Shown: piece by piece, positions 17,026 to 25,459 of the stretch
Layout: the number at the start of each line of letters is the position of its first letter
Position numbering within the stretch: position 1 is the stretch's first letter
Origin: Candidatus Binatia bacterium
GTDB taxonomy: Bacteria > Desulfobacterota > Binatia > UBA9968
NCBI GenBank assembly: GCA_035762645.1
Contig: DASTOD010000023.1
Location: 1 to 53,957 of the forward strand
Length of the DNA: 53,957 bases
Direction: 5' to 3'
Translations under genes and position numbers: made by a program
The notes under the pieces: model-generated
The model's database searches: none
Told to the model about the DNA's origin: nothing
Seen by the model: the letters and a program-made list of their open reading frames with translations, nothing else

Positions 17026-17285
17026 GTTGCTAACCGGGATTATTCACCAGCCAGCAACGATCAAGGGGCGAGCCCTCCGGAGCGAAGGCAATGGGCCTGT
17101 ACCTTGAGGCGGCTGGCAAACTTGAGTTCTGGAGCAGATTGCAGGTAAGCAATTCGAGCGCACGGCCAAGCACCATAGACGTCATTGAAGCTGTTCGTTT
17201 CTGTGCCTTCGCTCCTCCAAGCTCATCCCCCGATCGACAGTCTGTCATCGTTTTTACTTGGACCATGAATAATCCGGCTAACAGG
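17026..17285 (-). mobile_element. MITE-like repeat, copy Y (terminal inverted repeats, conserved flanks, variable core), abutting the MFS start codon
   Basis: The TIRs are tgctaaccgggattattca (17028-46) and tgaataatccggctaaca (17266-83). An inner 12-bp perfect inverted repeat is ggagcgaaggca (17079-90) / tgccttcgctcc (17205-16). Both flanks recur in the opposite orientation at 32108-32324. Confidence 0.6.
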
Positions 17286-17552
17286 ATGAGAAATCCCTCT
17301 TTTCTTAAACTGGTGTGTGGCCTTTTGCAACCGCGGGAAGGCGGTTAAGAAGGTGCGGACGACTATTTGCTTCAATCGATCCGAAGCGTGACGAGCACAG
17401 GGTTATCGAAGGCGTTTTTTAGCCTGCACATAAGCTCGAAAGGGCGCACCGTGGGTGTAACCGGTGGCATAGTGACCGTGCCCGTTTTGTAATGCGGGCA
17501 GGCACGTGTGCCAGATCGACGAGTTATAGAGAGGCGAGCGGCGCTCTGAAAC

Positions 17553-17834
17553 CTAAATCTTACCGGAAGATTTGAAATGTTCGATGCCGCTCTTGATGAT
17601 CTCTTGCAGCTCGGGGGTCGGTAATTGCTCAGTCATCGGCGGACGTTTGGCCCGGAGCCGGGAAAGATGCTCGTTAATCTTGTCCAAGGCTAATCGGGCC
17701 CGCTGGTATTCTTCCAACGATTTGCGGCAATCTAATAGCTTTTGATCGATTTCTTCCAGGCACTTTGTAAGTCTGCGAACTTCATTTTCCTGAAGTGTAT
17801 GTAGAAGAGACTGATAGAACCTTTCAGGCTTCAT
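17553..17834 (-). CDS. Small hypothetical coiled-coil protein; last gene of the ExeA/HAMP/SBP operon
   Basis: A 93-aa ORF with a GGGAGG SD upstream of the ATG at 17834. Its helical heptad-like sequence is LEEIDQKLLDCRKSLEEYQRARLALDKINEHLSRLRA. Confidence 0.6.
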   Translation of the reverse strand: MKPERFYQSLLHTLQENEVRRLTKCLEEIDQKLLDCRKSLEEYQRARLALDKINEHLSRLRAKRPPMTEQLPTPELQEIIKSGIEHFKSSGKI

Positions 17835-17911
17835 TTAGCAAACCTCCCGCCTAGATCTCTTTGACCTTGCCGTTGGCGCACGAAAATCACTTCCGGCCCA
17901 GGCGGCCACGA

Positions 17912-19246
17912 TCAGGAAGAAGGAATCATGAGCTTCTGCCCAATGAATATATAGTTGGGATTGTTCATCGTCTGCTTATTGGCATCGAAGATCTTGGGCC
18001 ATTTATTGGAGTCTCCATAGTATCGAGCCGCCAGGTGGCTCAGTGTGTCGCCGCGCTCAACCGTGTATTCGCGCGCCTCCCCCGAAACCGCAGGAGTCAC
18101 AACCGCCTTGACCGCCGGCGCCGCCGGTTTCGGCCTTTCGGTCAGGGACGCCGGTTTACTCACCGTGACGGGTGTCGGCGCGGGACGTGCCGGCTCGCGG
18201 CTCGCCACGACGGGCGCGGTCTTGTAGAGGCTATCAATGAAGCCGGAGCTGTCCAGTTCTTTTATGAAGGTGAGGTCCACGAACTCCTCCGGCCGCGCGG
18301 TCCTGACTCTGGGATCTCGCGCCGACAACTCCCGGAGCATCACGTCGATTCCCCTGAGCGTGGGGTACGGCTTCTGGGGAAGCAGCGTCAATCCGATATC
18401 TTCATAGACTTCCTTGAGAATGGCCGGATCGGAGGTTTTTAGATACTTTCCAAGAATCGCAAAAGACTCGGCTCGTTGGGTCTTGTAGTAATGAATCGCT
18501 TCAACAAAGGCTTTCATCACGTTGCGGACAAGATCGGGGCGCGCTTTGATCATTGCCTGAGTCGTTGCCAAACCGGTGTGCTGATATTCGAGTCCGAGCA
18601 TCTGAAGATCGGCAAGAGCGTGAAAGCCGAGCGCCTTGGCCTTCACCGTCGTAGGCACTGCGACCATCGCGGCCTGGATTCTTCCCGACTCGAGAGCGGC
18701 AAATCGGGCCGGTTGGCTGCCGATCTCTAGAATCGTCACATCCTTTTCCGGCACCAGTCCGTACTTATCCAGAGCGTAACGCGTTGCAAAATCTGACGAT
18801 GAGCCAAACCGGCTCACCGCGACCGCCTTCCCCTTGAGCTGCTCGGGCCGGGTGATGCTTTTTTCAACCATGAACTGATAGTCCAACGTGTTGAGGAAGC
18901 CCGCAATCATCAAGACATCCGACCCTCGGAGGCGGCTTTGGATCACCCCCGCTCCCGCCATTTGCGCAAACGCCACCTCTTTAGAAATCAGGCTTTGCAC
19001 GGCGGTGCTGCCACTTTCTATGAAGACGAGCTGCGGATCGATGCCGTATTTTCGGAAAAAGCCGCGCTCGTAGGCTATCCACAAGGGCGCCATGTTGCCG
19101 GAAATGGAACTGTAGGCAATGGTCATCTTCTCTAGAGGCCGCTCTGCGGGCGTCTGCGCCGCGGCGGGGCCACGGAGCGCTAGTAGGGCAAGCATGCAAG
19201 CCAGAGCCGATAGCCGAATGGGATACTTTTTGTTTTGCGTGTACAT
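17912..19246 (-). CDS. NMT1/SsuA-type periplasmic solute-binding protein fused to a C-terminal LysM domain
   Basis: The signal peptide is MYTQNKKYPIRLSALACMLALLALRGPAAA. The SBP core is MTIAYSSISGNMAPLWIAYERGFFRKYGIDPQLVFIESGSTAVQSLISKEVAFAQM. A Pro/Ala linker is PARPAPTPVTVSKPASLTERPKPAAPAVKAVVTPA. The LysM domain is YTVERGDTLSHLAARYYGDSNKWPKIFDANKQTMNNPNYIFIGQKLMIP. I chose ATG 19246 because it has an AAGGAGA SD. Confidence 0.85.
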   Translation of the reverse strand: MYTQNKKYPIRLSALACMLALLALRGPAAAQTPAERPLEKMTIAYSSISGNMAPLWIAYERGFFRKYGIDPQLVFIESGSTAVQSLISKEVAFAQMAGAGVIQSRLRGSDVLMIAGFLNTLDYQFMVEKSITRPEQLKGKAVAVSRFGSSSDFATRYALDKYGLVPEKDVTILEIGSQPARFAALESGRIQAAMVAVPTTVKAKALGFHALADLQMLGLEYQHTGLATTQAMIKARPDLVRNVMKAFVEAIHYYKTQRAESFAILGKYLKTSDPAILKEVYEDIGLTLLPQKPYPTLRGIDVMLRELSARDPRVRTARPEEFVDLTFIKELDSSGFIDSLYKTAPVVASREPARPAPTPVTVSKPASLTERPKPAAPAVKAVVTPAVSGEAREYTVERGDTLSHLAARYYGDSNKWPKIFDANKQTMNNPNYIFIGQKLMIPSS

Positions 19247-19286
19247 CCTCTTTCTCCTTATGAAACTCGATATAAGACTCGATTGC

Positions 19287-20039
19287 TTACGCGGTTTCAC
19301 GGCCAAGACGCAGCATGGCTGCTTTCAGGCTCGAACGCATGCGCTCGAGAGAACGAGCCAAATCGCCGATCTCATCGCGCGACTGAACGCATTCTCCGCT
19401 AACCGATGTTTCAAGATCTCCCATCGTGACTTGGTCCGCGACCCTGGTTAGACCGACGATGGGTCGAACGATCCAATGGGCCACCACAAACGAGAGCAGC
19501 GCGCCTACCAGTGGCACGAGGGCAACGATTCCGATGAGCGGGAGCAGGGCGCGCTGGATTTCCCGCTCTATAGCGTCGCCCCAAAACCCGATATGAACGC
19601 TCCCCGCCTGTCCTTCAAGGACCGGAACGGCGGTTTCGTAGACTGGCCTTTGTTGCAGCGACAATTGGCGCCGGCGGATGACGCGCTGCCCGTCAGCCGT
19701 AAGTCCTTGGCGGATTTCCGCTGGAAACGTGCCGAACGTATGGGCGACGATCTGCCCGCTGCCGTCCTCGATAAAGGCATAGGCCGCGCCTTCGAACAGC
19801 GTGTATTTTCTTGCCAGAACATTGAGTGCCAGGAGATTTTTCGCAACCATGTGGCCCGCGGCGGCATCACCGAAGTTCGTGACAATCGCCATCGCGCGTT
19901 TGTCGAGTTGATCTCGCAGCATGCCCTTGGTGAGTTGGTACACCGCGGCAAGCACGAAGATGCCCAACAGCAGCATGACCCCCGTAAAGGTGCCGCCGAT
20001 TTTCCATTTGAGCCCGATACGTCGCGATTCTAGATCCAT
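19287..20039 (-). CDS. Membrane sensor with periplasmic domain and HAMP domain, with no output domain
   Basis: TM1 is IGGTFTGVMLLLGIFVLAAVY. A roughly 150-aa extracytoplasmic region follows. TM2 is LLPLIGIVALVPLVGALLSFVVAHW. The HAMP domain is IVRPIVGLTRVADQVTMGDLETSV...RDEIGDLARSLERMRSSL. The protein ends about 15 aa later. There is a GGAGGG SD. Confidence 0.8.
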   Translation of the reverse strand: MDLESRRIGLKWKIGGTFTGVMLLLGIFVLAAVYQLTKGMLRDQLDKRAMAIVTNFGDAAAGHMVAKNLLALNVLARKYTLFEGAAYAFIEDGSGQIVAHTFGTFPAEIRQGLTADGQRVIRRRQLSLQQRPVYETAVPVLEGQAGSVHIGFWGDAIEREIQRALLPLIGIVALVPLVGALLSFVVAHWIVRPIVGLTRVADQVTMGDLETSVSGECVQSRDEIGDLARSLERMRSSLKAAMLRLGRETA

Positions 20040-20060
20040 TTTCCCTCCGTGCGGAAATAG

Positions 20061-21338
20061 CTACAAATTCTTGAGCGCGGCAATTTCTCGGAACATCTCG
20101 TTTTGAAAGCGCACCCTCATCGCCTCGTTCAGAATTTCCCGGCTGACCAGCTCGATCAACTCTCCAATTCTTACCTCCGGGAAGGCGTCGCGCGATTCGC
20201 CGAGCGCAGAAATTTGATCGCTAACGACCAGCTGCGCCATAGGACCCATGGCTTGGATGGCTGCGCGGGTCATGAAATCGAGAAATTCCTGCGGCACGGG
20301 AGCTTCTTTCGAATCGGTCTCGGAGGCCGCCTCGGGAGGAGCGGCGGAAGGAGAGGCCGTTGGCGCCTCAAGGCCGCGGCGGGCTTTTACCTCTGCCCCA
20401 TTAGTTTCGCTTCGCTTTGCGCTCAATTTTGCCGCTGGAGTTTTCGCTTTTGCCGGTGGCTCCGAGACGCCGATCTTCGGAATCGCATGCCCCCGCTCCA
20501 ATAAAAGGCCGCTGGCTGCCTTCATCACCGTGTAGGCAGAGACCTTTTTTTTCCCCGCTGCGCAGGCCATGGCAAGTGAGTTATCGCAGATGATGTTGAC
20601 CAGCCGGGGAGTCCCCGACGAATAATACCAGATGGCTTCGGCTGCTTCTTTGGCGAAAATCTCTGGACCGGTGTAACCCGCTACCTGCAAACGGTGACGG
20701 ATATACTGTTCAACCTCGTTGACCGTCTGCAAGGCATGGAGGCGATAATGAATCGCGATCCGTTGCTTTATCCGGCGGAGGGAAGATTTACCCAATTTGA
20801 TCGCCAATTCCGGCTGGCCGACGAGAACAATCTGAAGCAATTTTTGCTCGGCTGTCTCCAAGTTCGACAGGCCGCACAAACCCTCGAGCGCCTCATCGTT
20901 CAGATTTTGGGCTTCATCCAACAGTAAAGCGACCGTCTGGCCGGCTTTGTTTTGCTCTATCAGGTATTCCTTTAGCTCATGCATCATATCTAGCCGATTT
21001 CTTTCGGCATTGGTGATACCGAGATCCTGGATGATGAGCTCCACCAGTCCGTAGGAAGTCAAGTGACTTGTTGAAACGAAGACAAATTGGACATTGGCCT
21101 CGAGCTGGCGCATGACTTTGCGCAGCAGGATGGTCTTGCCGGTTCCCACTTCTCCGGTGAGGAGCATGAAGCCTTTCTTACCTTCAATGCCGTAAGTAAG
21201 CGCGGACAGCCCATCAAGATAAAGAGGGTTGCCGTAGAAAAAACGGGGGTCCGGTGTTACACCAAACGGTGTCTCTCTAAAACCGAAGTAACTCTCAAAA
21301 CTCGTTTTGTGCTGGTCAGAGTTAACCAGTTCGATCAT
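20061..21338 (-). CDS. ExeA/GspA-like AAA+ (AAA_22) ATPase with an uncharacterised C-terminal domain
   Basis: The ExeA-type N-terminus is YFGFRETPFGVTPDPRFFYGNPLYLDGLSALTYGIEGKKGFMLLTGEVGTGKT. Walker B is ALLLDEAQNL. An Ala/Pro-rich linker is followed by a roughly 90-aa C-terminal domain that I do not recognise. ATG 21338 has an AAGGAGG SD. Confidence 0.8.
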   Translation of the reverse strand: MIELVNSDQHKTSFESYFGFRETPFGVTPDPRFFYGNPLYLDGLSALTYGIEGKKGFMLLTGEVGTGKTILLRKVMRQLEANVQFVFVSTSHLTSYGLVELIIQDLGITNAERNRLDMMHELKEYLIEQNKAGQTVALLLDEAQNLNDEALEGLCGLSNLETAEQKLLQIVLVGQPELAIKLGKSSLRRIKQRIAIHYRLHALQTVNEVEQYIRHRLQVAGYTGPEIFAKEAAEAIWYYSSGTPRLVNIICDNSLAMACAAGKKKVSAYTVMKAASGLLLERGHAIPKIGVSEPPAKAKTPAAKLSAKRSETNGAEVKARRGLEAPTASPSAAPPEAASETDSKEAPVPQEFLDFMTRAAIQAMGPMAQLVVSDQISALGESRDAFPEVRIGELIELVSREILNEAMRVRFQNEMFREIAALKNL

Positions 21339-21478
21339 ATCTGGCCTCCTTGTAAGTAGACCCCGGCGCACGGTTCTTAGACCTGTCCTTCCTTCCCGGT
21401 CAGCGGTTCGGGACGGCGCTAAATTTGTTTAGTCGTACGAGATGAAATATTTTTTGCTGAACGTGGCGTGAGGAACAA

Positions 21479-21508
21479 TTCATAATCACTTTCATTTCCG
21501 CTTGTCAA
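21479..21508 (-). promoter_or_regulatory. Putative sigma70 promoter of the ExeA-like operon
   Basis: On the minus strand, TTGACA (21508..21503), N18, TATGAA (21484..21479). It sits in an AT-rich island about 130 nt upstream of the start codon. Confidence 0.35.
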
Positions 21509-21566
21509 GAAAAAAATTCGCAAAAACACTCTGGAGGCGACTCACGTTCTCCTCGCCAGCGCCGCG

Positions 21567-21596
21567 CACGAGACCCGCGACCCGAAACGAGAACAC
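21567..21596. repeat. CGAGAC/CGAAAC-word repeat, half element
   Basis: The sequence is cacgagacccgcgacccgaaacgagaacac. It uses the same word family as 32185-32262, 35831-35920, 47735-47763 and 51092-51122. Confidence 0.55.
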
Positions 21597-21683
21597 TTTG
21601 GCGTCGACCCGGAAGGACTCACCGCTCGATCTACACCGGCTCTTGAGTGCCGCTACCTTGGGACGGGGATTCCCGCGCTTCTT

Positions 21684-24092
21684 CTACAGGGCGGGACCGG
21701 TCGGGAGGGCTTCGGCTGCCCGCAGGCCGTCGGCGCCTTGAGGCTCGAGGGCGAGGGCTAGCGCTTGGTCGACCGTTTGCAAAAACTCGAAGCGGATACC
21801 CGCGCACGCCGCAGGTGGAATCTCTTCCATGTCCTTTCGATTCAACTCCGGCAGCAAGACACAAGAGATTCCGGCCCTTTTAGCGGCGAGTACCTTTTCT
21901 TTGATGCCGCCGACCGGCAGCACTAAACCGCGGAGGCTGATCTCGCCGGTCATCGCGACGTCTTTGCTGACGCGTCGTCCGACGAGCAACGAGACTAAAG
22001 CAACGAACAGCGTAATCCCTGCGCTTGGCCCGTCTTTTGGGATCGCGCCCGCGGGGATATGGATGTGCAGGTCGTTCTCCCTGAACAGGGCCGGATCGAT
22101 TTCCAGCGCCTCCGCGCGCGATTTCACCAGACTGAGGGCGGCTTGCGCGCTTTCTTTCATCACATCGCCGAGCTGTCCGGTGAGCTGCAACCGCCCTTGC
22201 CCGGGCATCTTGGTCGCCTCGACAAACAAGATGTCTCCGCCAAACGGCGTCCAGGCCAAGCCCGTGGCGACGCCCGGCAAGCTGGTGCGAAGCGCGACTT
22301 CATTGAAGAACTTTTGCGGGCCGAGATAGGTCCGGACCGATTCGCGGTCGATGATGGTGTTTTCCTTTGATCCTTCCGCCACGCGCGTCGCCACGCTGCG
22401 GCACACGGACCCGAGCTCCCGCTCCAGTTGGCGAACGCCGGCTTCGCGCGTATAGGACCGGATGATTTCGCGAACCGCGTCGTCTGTAAATGTGATGTCG
22501 CCGGGCTGCAGGCCGTTTTCGGCGATTTGCCGAGGAATCAGATAGTTTCTGGCGATCGCCAATTTATCTTCTTCGATATATCCGGCGATCTCTAAAATCT
22601 CCATTCGGTCGCGGAGCGGAGCGGGGATCGTGTCGAGCACGTTCGCCGTTGCAATGAACAAAACCTGACTCAAATCAAAGGGCAGCCCGAGGTAATGGTC
22701 CTGAAACGTGGCGTTTTGGGAAGGGTCCAAAACCTCCAACAAGGCGGCCGAGGGATCGCCGTGGAAACTCGCGCTGAGCTTGTCGACTTCGTCGAGCATG
22801 AAAACCGGATTTTTCGTGCCGGCCTTCCGGATGCCTTGGATAATGTTTCCCGGGAGCGCGCCCACGTAAGTGCGCCGATGGCCGCGGATTTCCGCTTCAT
22901 CGTGGACGCCGCCAAGGCTCTGGCGCACGAATTTCCGGTTCATGGCCCGAGCGATGCTCTGCCCAAGAGATGTCTTGCCCACGCCCGGAGGACCGACAAA
23001 ACACAAGATCGGACTTTTTCCCTGCGGCATCAGTTTACGGACCGCAAGGAATTCAACAATTCGCTTTTTCACTCTCTCGAGGTCGTAATGATCGGCGTCG
23101 AGAATCTGGCGCGCTTTCGGAAGATCGATCTGCTCCTCGCTGGAAACTCCCCAGGGAAGCTCCACCATCCAGTCGAGGTAAGTCCGCAGCGCCGAATACT
23201 CAGCGGCCACTTCGGGGATGCGTTCGAGCCGGGTGATCTCCCTCAGCACTTCCTTCTCCACCTCCGGCGGCATTTTGGCTTCCTGGACTTTCTTGCGCAG
23301 CTCGGCGGCTTCCACGCTGTGACCGTCTTCCTCGCCCAGCTCCTTTTGTATCGCCTTCAACTGTTCACGAAGAAAATACTGGCGCTGCGCCCGGTCCATC
23401 GATTCTTTGGTTTGCTCGCCGATTTTCTTGCTCAGCTCGAGCAGCTCGATCTGCCGCGCGAGCTTTTCCGATACTTTTTGCGCGCGCGCCTCCGGGTCGA
23501 GCGTCGCTAAGAGTTCCTGTTTGTCAACGAGCGGTAGATCCAAGGTCGAGGCGATCATGTCGATCAGCGACAGCGGATTTTCAATCCTTTCGATCGTCGA
23601 CCTCAGCTCGTTCATAGGCTCAGGCAACAAAGATAAGGCTTTGGCCGCTTCCTGTCGCAGGTTCAAGATTCTGGCTTCGAACTGCTTGGTCTGAGGTATT
23701 TTCTCCTCCACCATCGTCACGCGGGCGATGAGGAACGGCTCGGTTTCGATGAATTCCGAGATTTCGAAGCGTTGACGGCCTTGAATGATGATCTGCCGCT
23801 GGCCATCGGGAAGCGCGAAAAGCCGAACCACGTCTGCGGCCGTGCCGATATTGAAAAGATCCGCAGGCTGGGGTGTTTCTATGCTCGAATCCCTCTGGCA
23901 GACGAAGCCGACCGCCATTTGTTGGCGAACCGCTTCTTCTATCAGGCGCAGGCTCGCCGGGCGGCCAACCGACAACGGCATGACCGTTGAAGGGAAGAGC
24001 ACCATATTGCGCAGAGGTAAGATCGCCAATGCCCCCGCAGGGATGACGAGACGCGGCCGGGCTTGAGAGTTGTCCTTCGCTTCTGCCGTCAT
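21684..24092 (-). CDS. lon: ATP-dependent Lon protease (LonA type)
   Basis: The Lon N-domain is LPLRNMVLFPSTVMPLSVGRPAS. Walker A is GPPGVGKTS. The catalytic Ser is in PKDGPSAGITLFVAL and the catalytic Lys in GGIKEKVLAAKRAG. I set the start to ATG 24092 (MTAEAKDN), which forms an ATGA overlap with the hsp20 stop. The track ORF (to 24242) is an extension into hsp20. Confidence 0.95.
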   Translation of the reverse strand: MTAEAKDNSQARPRLVIPAGALAILPLRNMVLFPSTVMPLSVGRPASLRLIEEAVRQQMAVGFVCQRDSSIETPQPADLFNIGTAADVVRLFALPDGQRQIIIQGRQRFEISEFIETEPFLIARVTMVEEKIPQTKQFEARILNLRQEAAKALSLLPEPMNELRSTIERIENPLSLIDMIASTLDLPLVDKQELLATLDPEARAQKVSEKLARQIELLELSKKIGEQTKESMDRAQRQYFLREQLKAIQKELGEEDGHSVEAAELRKKVQEAKMPPEVEKEVLREITRLERIPEVAAEYSALRTYLDWMVELPWGVSSEEQIDLPKARQILDADHYDLERVKKRIVEFLAVRKLMPQGKSPILCFVGPPGVGKTSLGQSIARAMNRKFVRQSLGGVHDEAEIRGHRRTYVGALPGNIIQGIRKAGTKNPVFMLDEVDKLSASFHGDPSAALLEVLDPSQNATFQDHYLGLPFDLSQVLFIATANVLDTIPAPLRDRMEILEIAGYIEEDKLAIARNYLIPRQIAENGLQPGDITFTDDAVREIIRSYTREAGVRQLERELGSVCRSVATRVAEGSKENTIIDRESVRTYLGPQKFFNEVALRTSLPGVATGLAWTPFGGDILFVEATKMPGQGRLQLTGQLGDVMKESAQAALSLVKSRAEALEIDPALFRENDLHIHIPAGAIPKDGPSAGITLFVALVSLLVGRRVSKDVAMTGEISLRGLVLPVGGIKEKVLAAKRAGISCVLLPELNRKDMEEIPPAACAGIRFEFLQTVDQALALALEPQGADGLRAAEALPTGPAL

Positions 24093-24520
24093 GAATTTTT
24101 CCTCAGCTCGATAACGAGCAGTCCGTCCTGAAGGGAGAGTTCTCCTATGGACAAAGAGCCCCGGCCGGCGACCAAGCTGAGACGCCGCTCGAAACGCCCC
24201 AGCGGGATCTCCCACACCTTGAGTTCGCCGTCCTTGCAGCATTTGGGCAGCGGGCGTTCACCAGCGATCACGAGCTCGCCATTCTCCAATCGTACTTTTA
24301 CCCGATCGGCTGCCACGCCGGGCAGGGCGGAAACCACCCATAAGCTTTCTTCGCTCTCAATGATGTTTACCGGCGGTTCCCAGTGGGGACCACGGGCGTG
24401 AGCGGATCGGTAATGAGTCCCCACGGCTATTTGTAAAAAATTCCTGTGGATGCGCTCTACCTGCCGGAGCAGGTCGTTCGCGCGTTGCCAGATGACAAGA
24501 TCCCAATCGCCGGCCGCCAT
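24089..24520 (-). CDS. Hsp20/alpha-crystallin family small heat-shock protein
   Basis: The alpha-crystallin domain is WEPPVNIIESEESLWVVSALPGVAADRVKVRLENGELVIAGERP...RLSL. It is translationally coupled to lon. Confidence 0.85.
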   Translation of the reverse strand: MAAGDWDLVIWQRANDLLRQVERIHRNFLQIAVGTHYRSAHARGPHWEPPVNIIESEESLWVVSALPGVAADRVKVRLENGELVIAGERPLPKCCKDGELKVWEIPLGRFERRLSLVAGRGSLSIGELSLQDGLLVIELRKNS

Positions 24521-24799
24521 ATCGAGTACCTCAATTTATTAGAAACAGTGAGCGTCTATAACGAGACTAGTCTTAAGTGAAGCAATGTCAAGGAACCGTC
24601 GAAGTAATTTTCCTGGCCGGGAGCAAGGGCGAAGGGTCACAGCGCTTGACACCCGCCCGGGCATGGAGATATAGCTCCTCCCCATGTTTGATTTGACTGG
24701 TTGTCGTGGACGGAACGGCAGCCCGATGATAGCCATCGAGGTGAGATCGAGCGCTCCGGGCGAAGCGACGATGCGTCGGCAGACCAACAGAAAGGATCT

Positions 24800-25195
24800 A
24801 TGGATCCCATAACGGCGGCAAACATTTTGCCTTGGTGTCTCCTCGCGCTGGCGTTCACGTGCGTGATCACGCTTGTCGGATGTGCGGCGCATGAACAGTT
24901 CGTCGACCGCAGCCGGCGGAAGCGGCAGGCAAACAGGACTGTGACGCTCGTCCCCCTGCCAACCCAGAAGCCCGACCGATCGGCGGCCCAAAGGCTCGTT
25001 GTCCGCGGCTATGACAGTCCGGAGCTCTGGCGGGAAGACCTGTGGCTCCTGCGGCTCGAGCGGAGCCGTAAAGACATTGCCGCGCTCAACGGAGCCGCGC
25101 CGCGTTTGGAGGAGCGCATCGGCACACGCCAATTCCATGGGTGGCGAGTTTCTGCCATGCTCGCCCACTGCTCCGGCGTCCGATGCGACAATTGA
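24800..25195 (+). CDS. Hypothetical lipoprotein
   Basis: The N-terminus MDPITAANILPWCLLALAFTCVITLVGC has a lipobox (LVGC), and AAAGGA lies upstream. Third-position GC is strongly elevated in this frame. The overlapping 226-aa minus-strand ORF looks like a shadow ORF. Confidence 0.5.
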   Translation: MDPITAANILPWCLLALAFTCVITLVGCAAHEQFVDRSRRKRQANRTVTLVPLPTQKPDRSAAQRLVVRGYDSPELWREDLWLLRLERSRKDIAALNGAAPRLEERIGTRQFHGWRVSAMLAHCSGVRCDN

Positions 25196-25401
25196 TCCTC
25201 CCGAAAACCAGCTCTTCATATTTTGACCGGCTCATTATTTCGGCCAGCTCAGTCGACTGGAAAATCATCAAAAATCATCAATAGGCCGACGTAAATTCCC
25301 GTACGCCTTGCTTACCCGAGACATTGATTTTGCTGGTTCCGAGGCGCCGACCCATTGACTCGGGCCGCAGGTTTTCTCCTCGAAGCCATAGCTTGGCGGC
25401 G

Positions 25402-25431
25402 TTGACAAATCTCGCGCGGCTTTTCTACAGT
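25402..25431 (+). promoter_or_regulatory. Putative sigma70 promoter
   Basis: TTGACA (25402-07), N18, TACAGT (25426-31), about 30 nt upstream of the ATG at 25460, which has a GGAGG SD. Confidence 0.4.
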
Positions 25432-25459
25432 GCCTCAAGACAATCCGGAGGTAATCTTC

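Noticed and set aside
17026-17290. Guanidine-I (ykkC)-like riboswitch in the leader of the MFS gene. The resemblances are GGUCCAAG to GGUCCGAGAG and CGGGGGAUGAG to ACGGCGGGAUAAAAGCCCGGGAGA.
   Set aside because: The matches are partial and the P3 hairpin cannot form. The same sequence recurs inverted at 32108-32324, away from any leader, which fits a mobile repeat better than a riboswitch.
24539-25219. 226-aa minus-strand ORF between hsp20 and the crotonase gene.
   Set aside because: It is Arg/Pro-rich with no recognisable domain. The opposite strand carries a frame with high third-position GC and a lipoprotein signal peptide (24800..25195), which I prefer, though with only moderate confidence.
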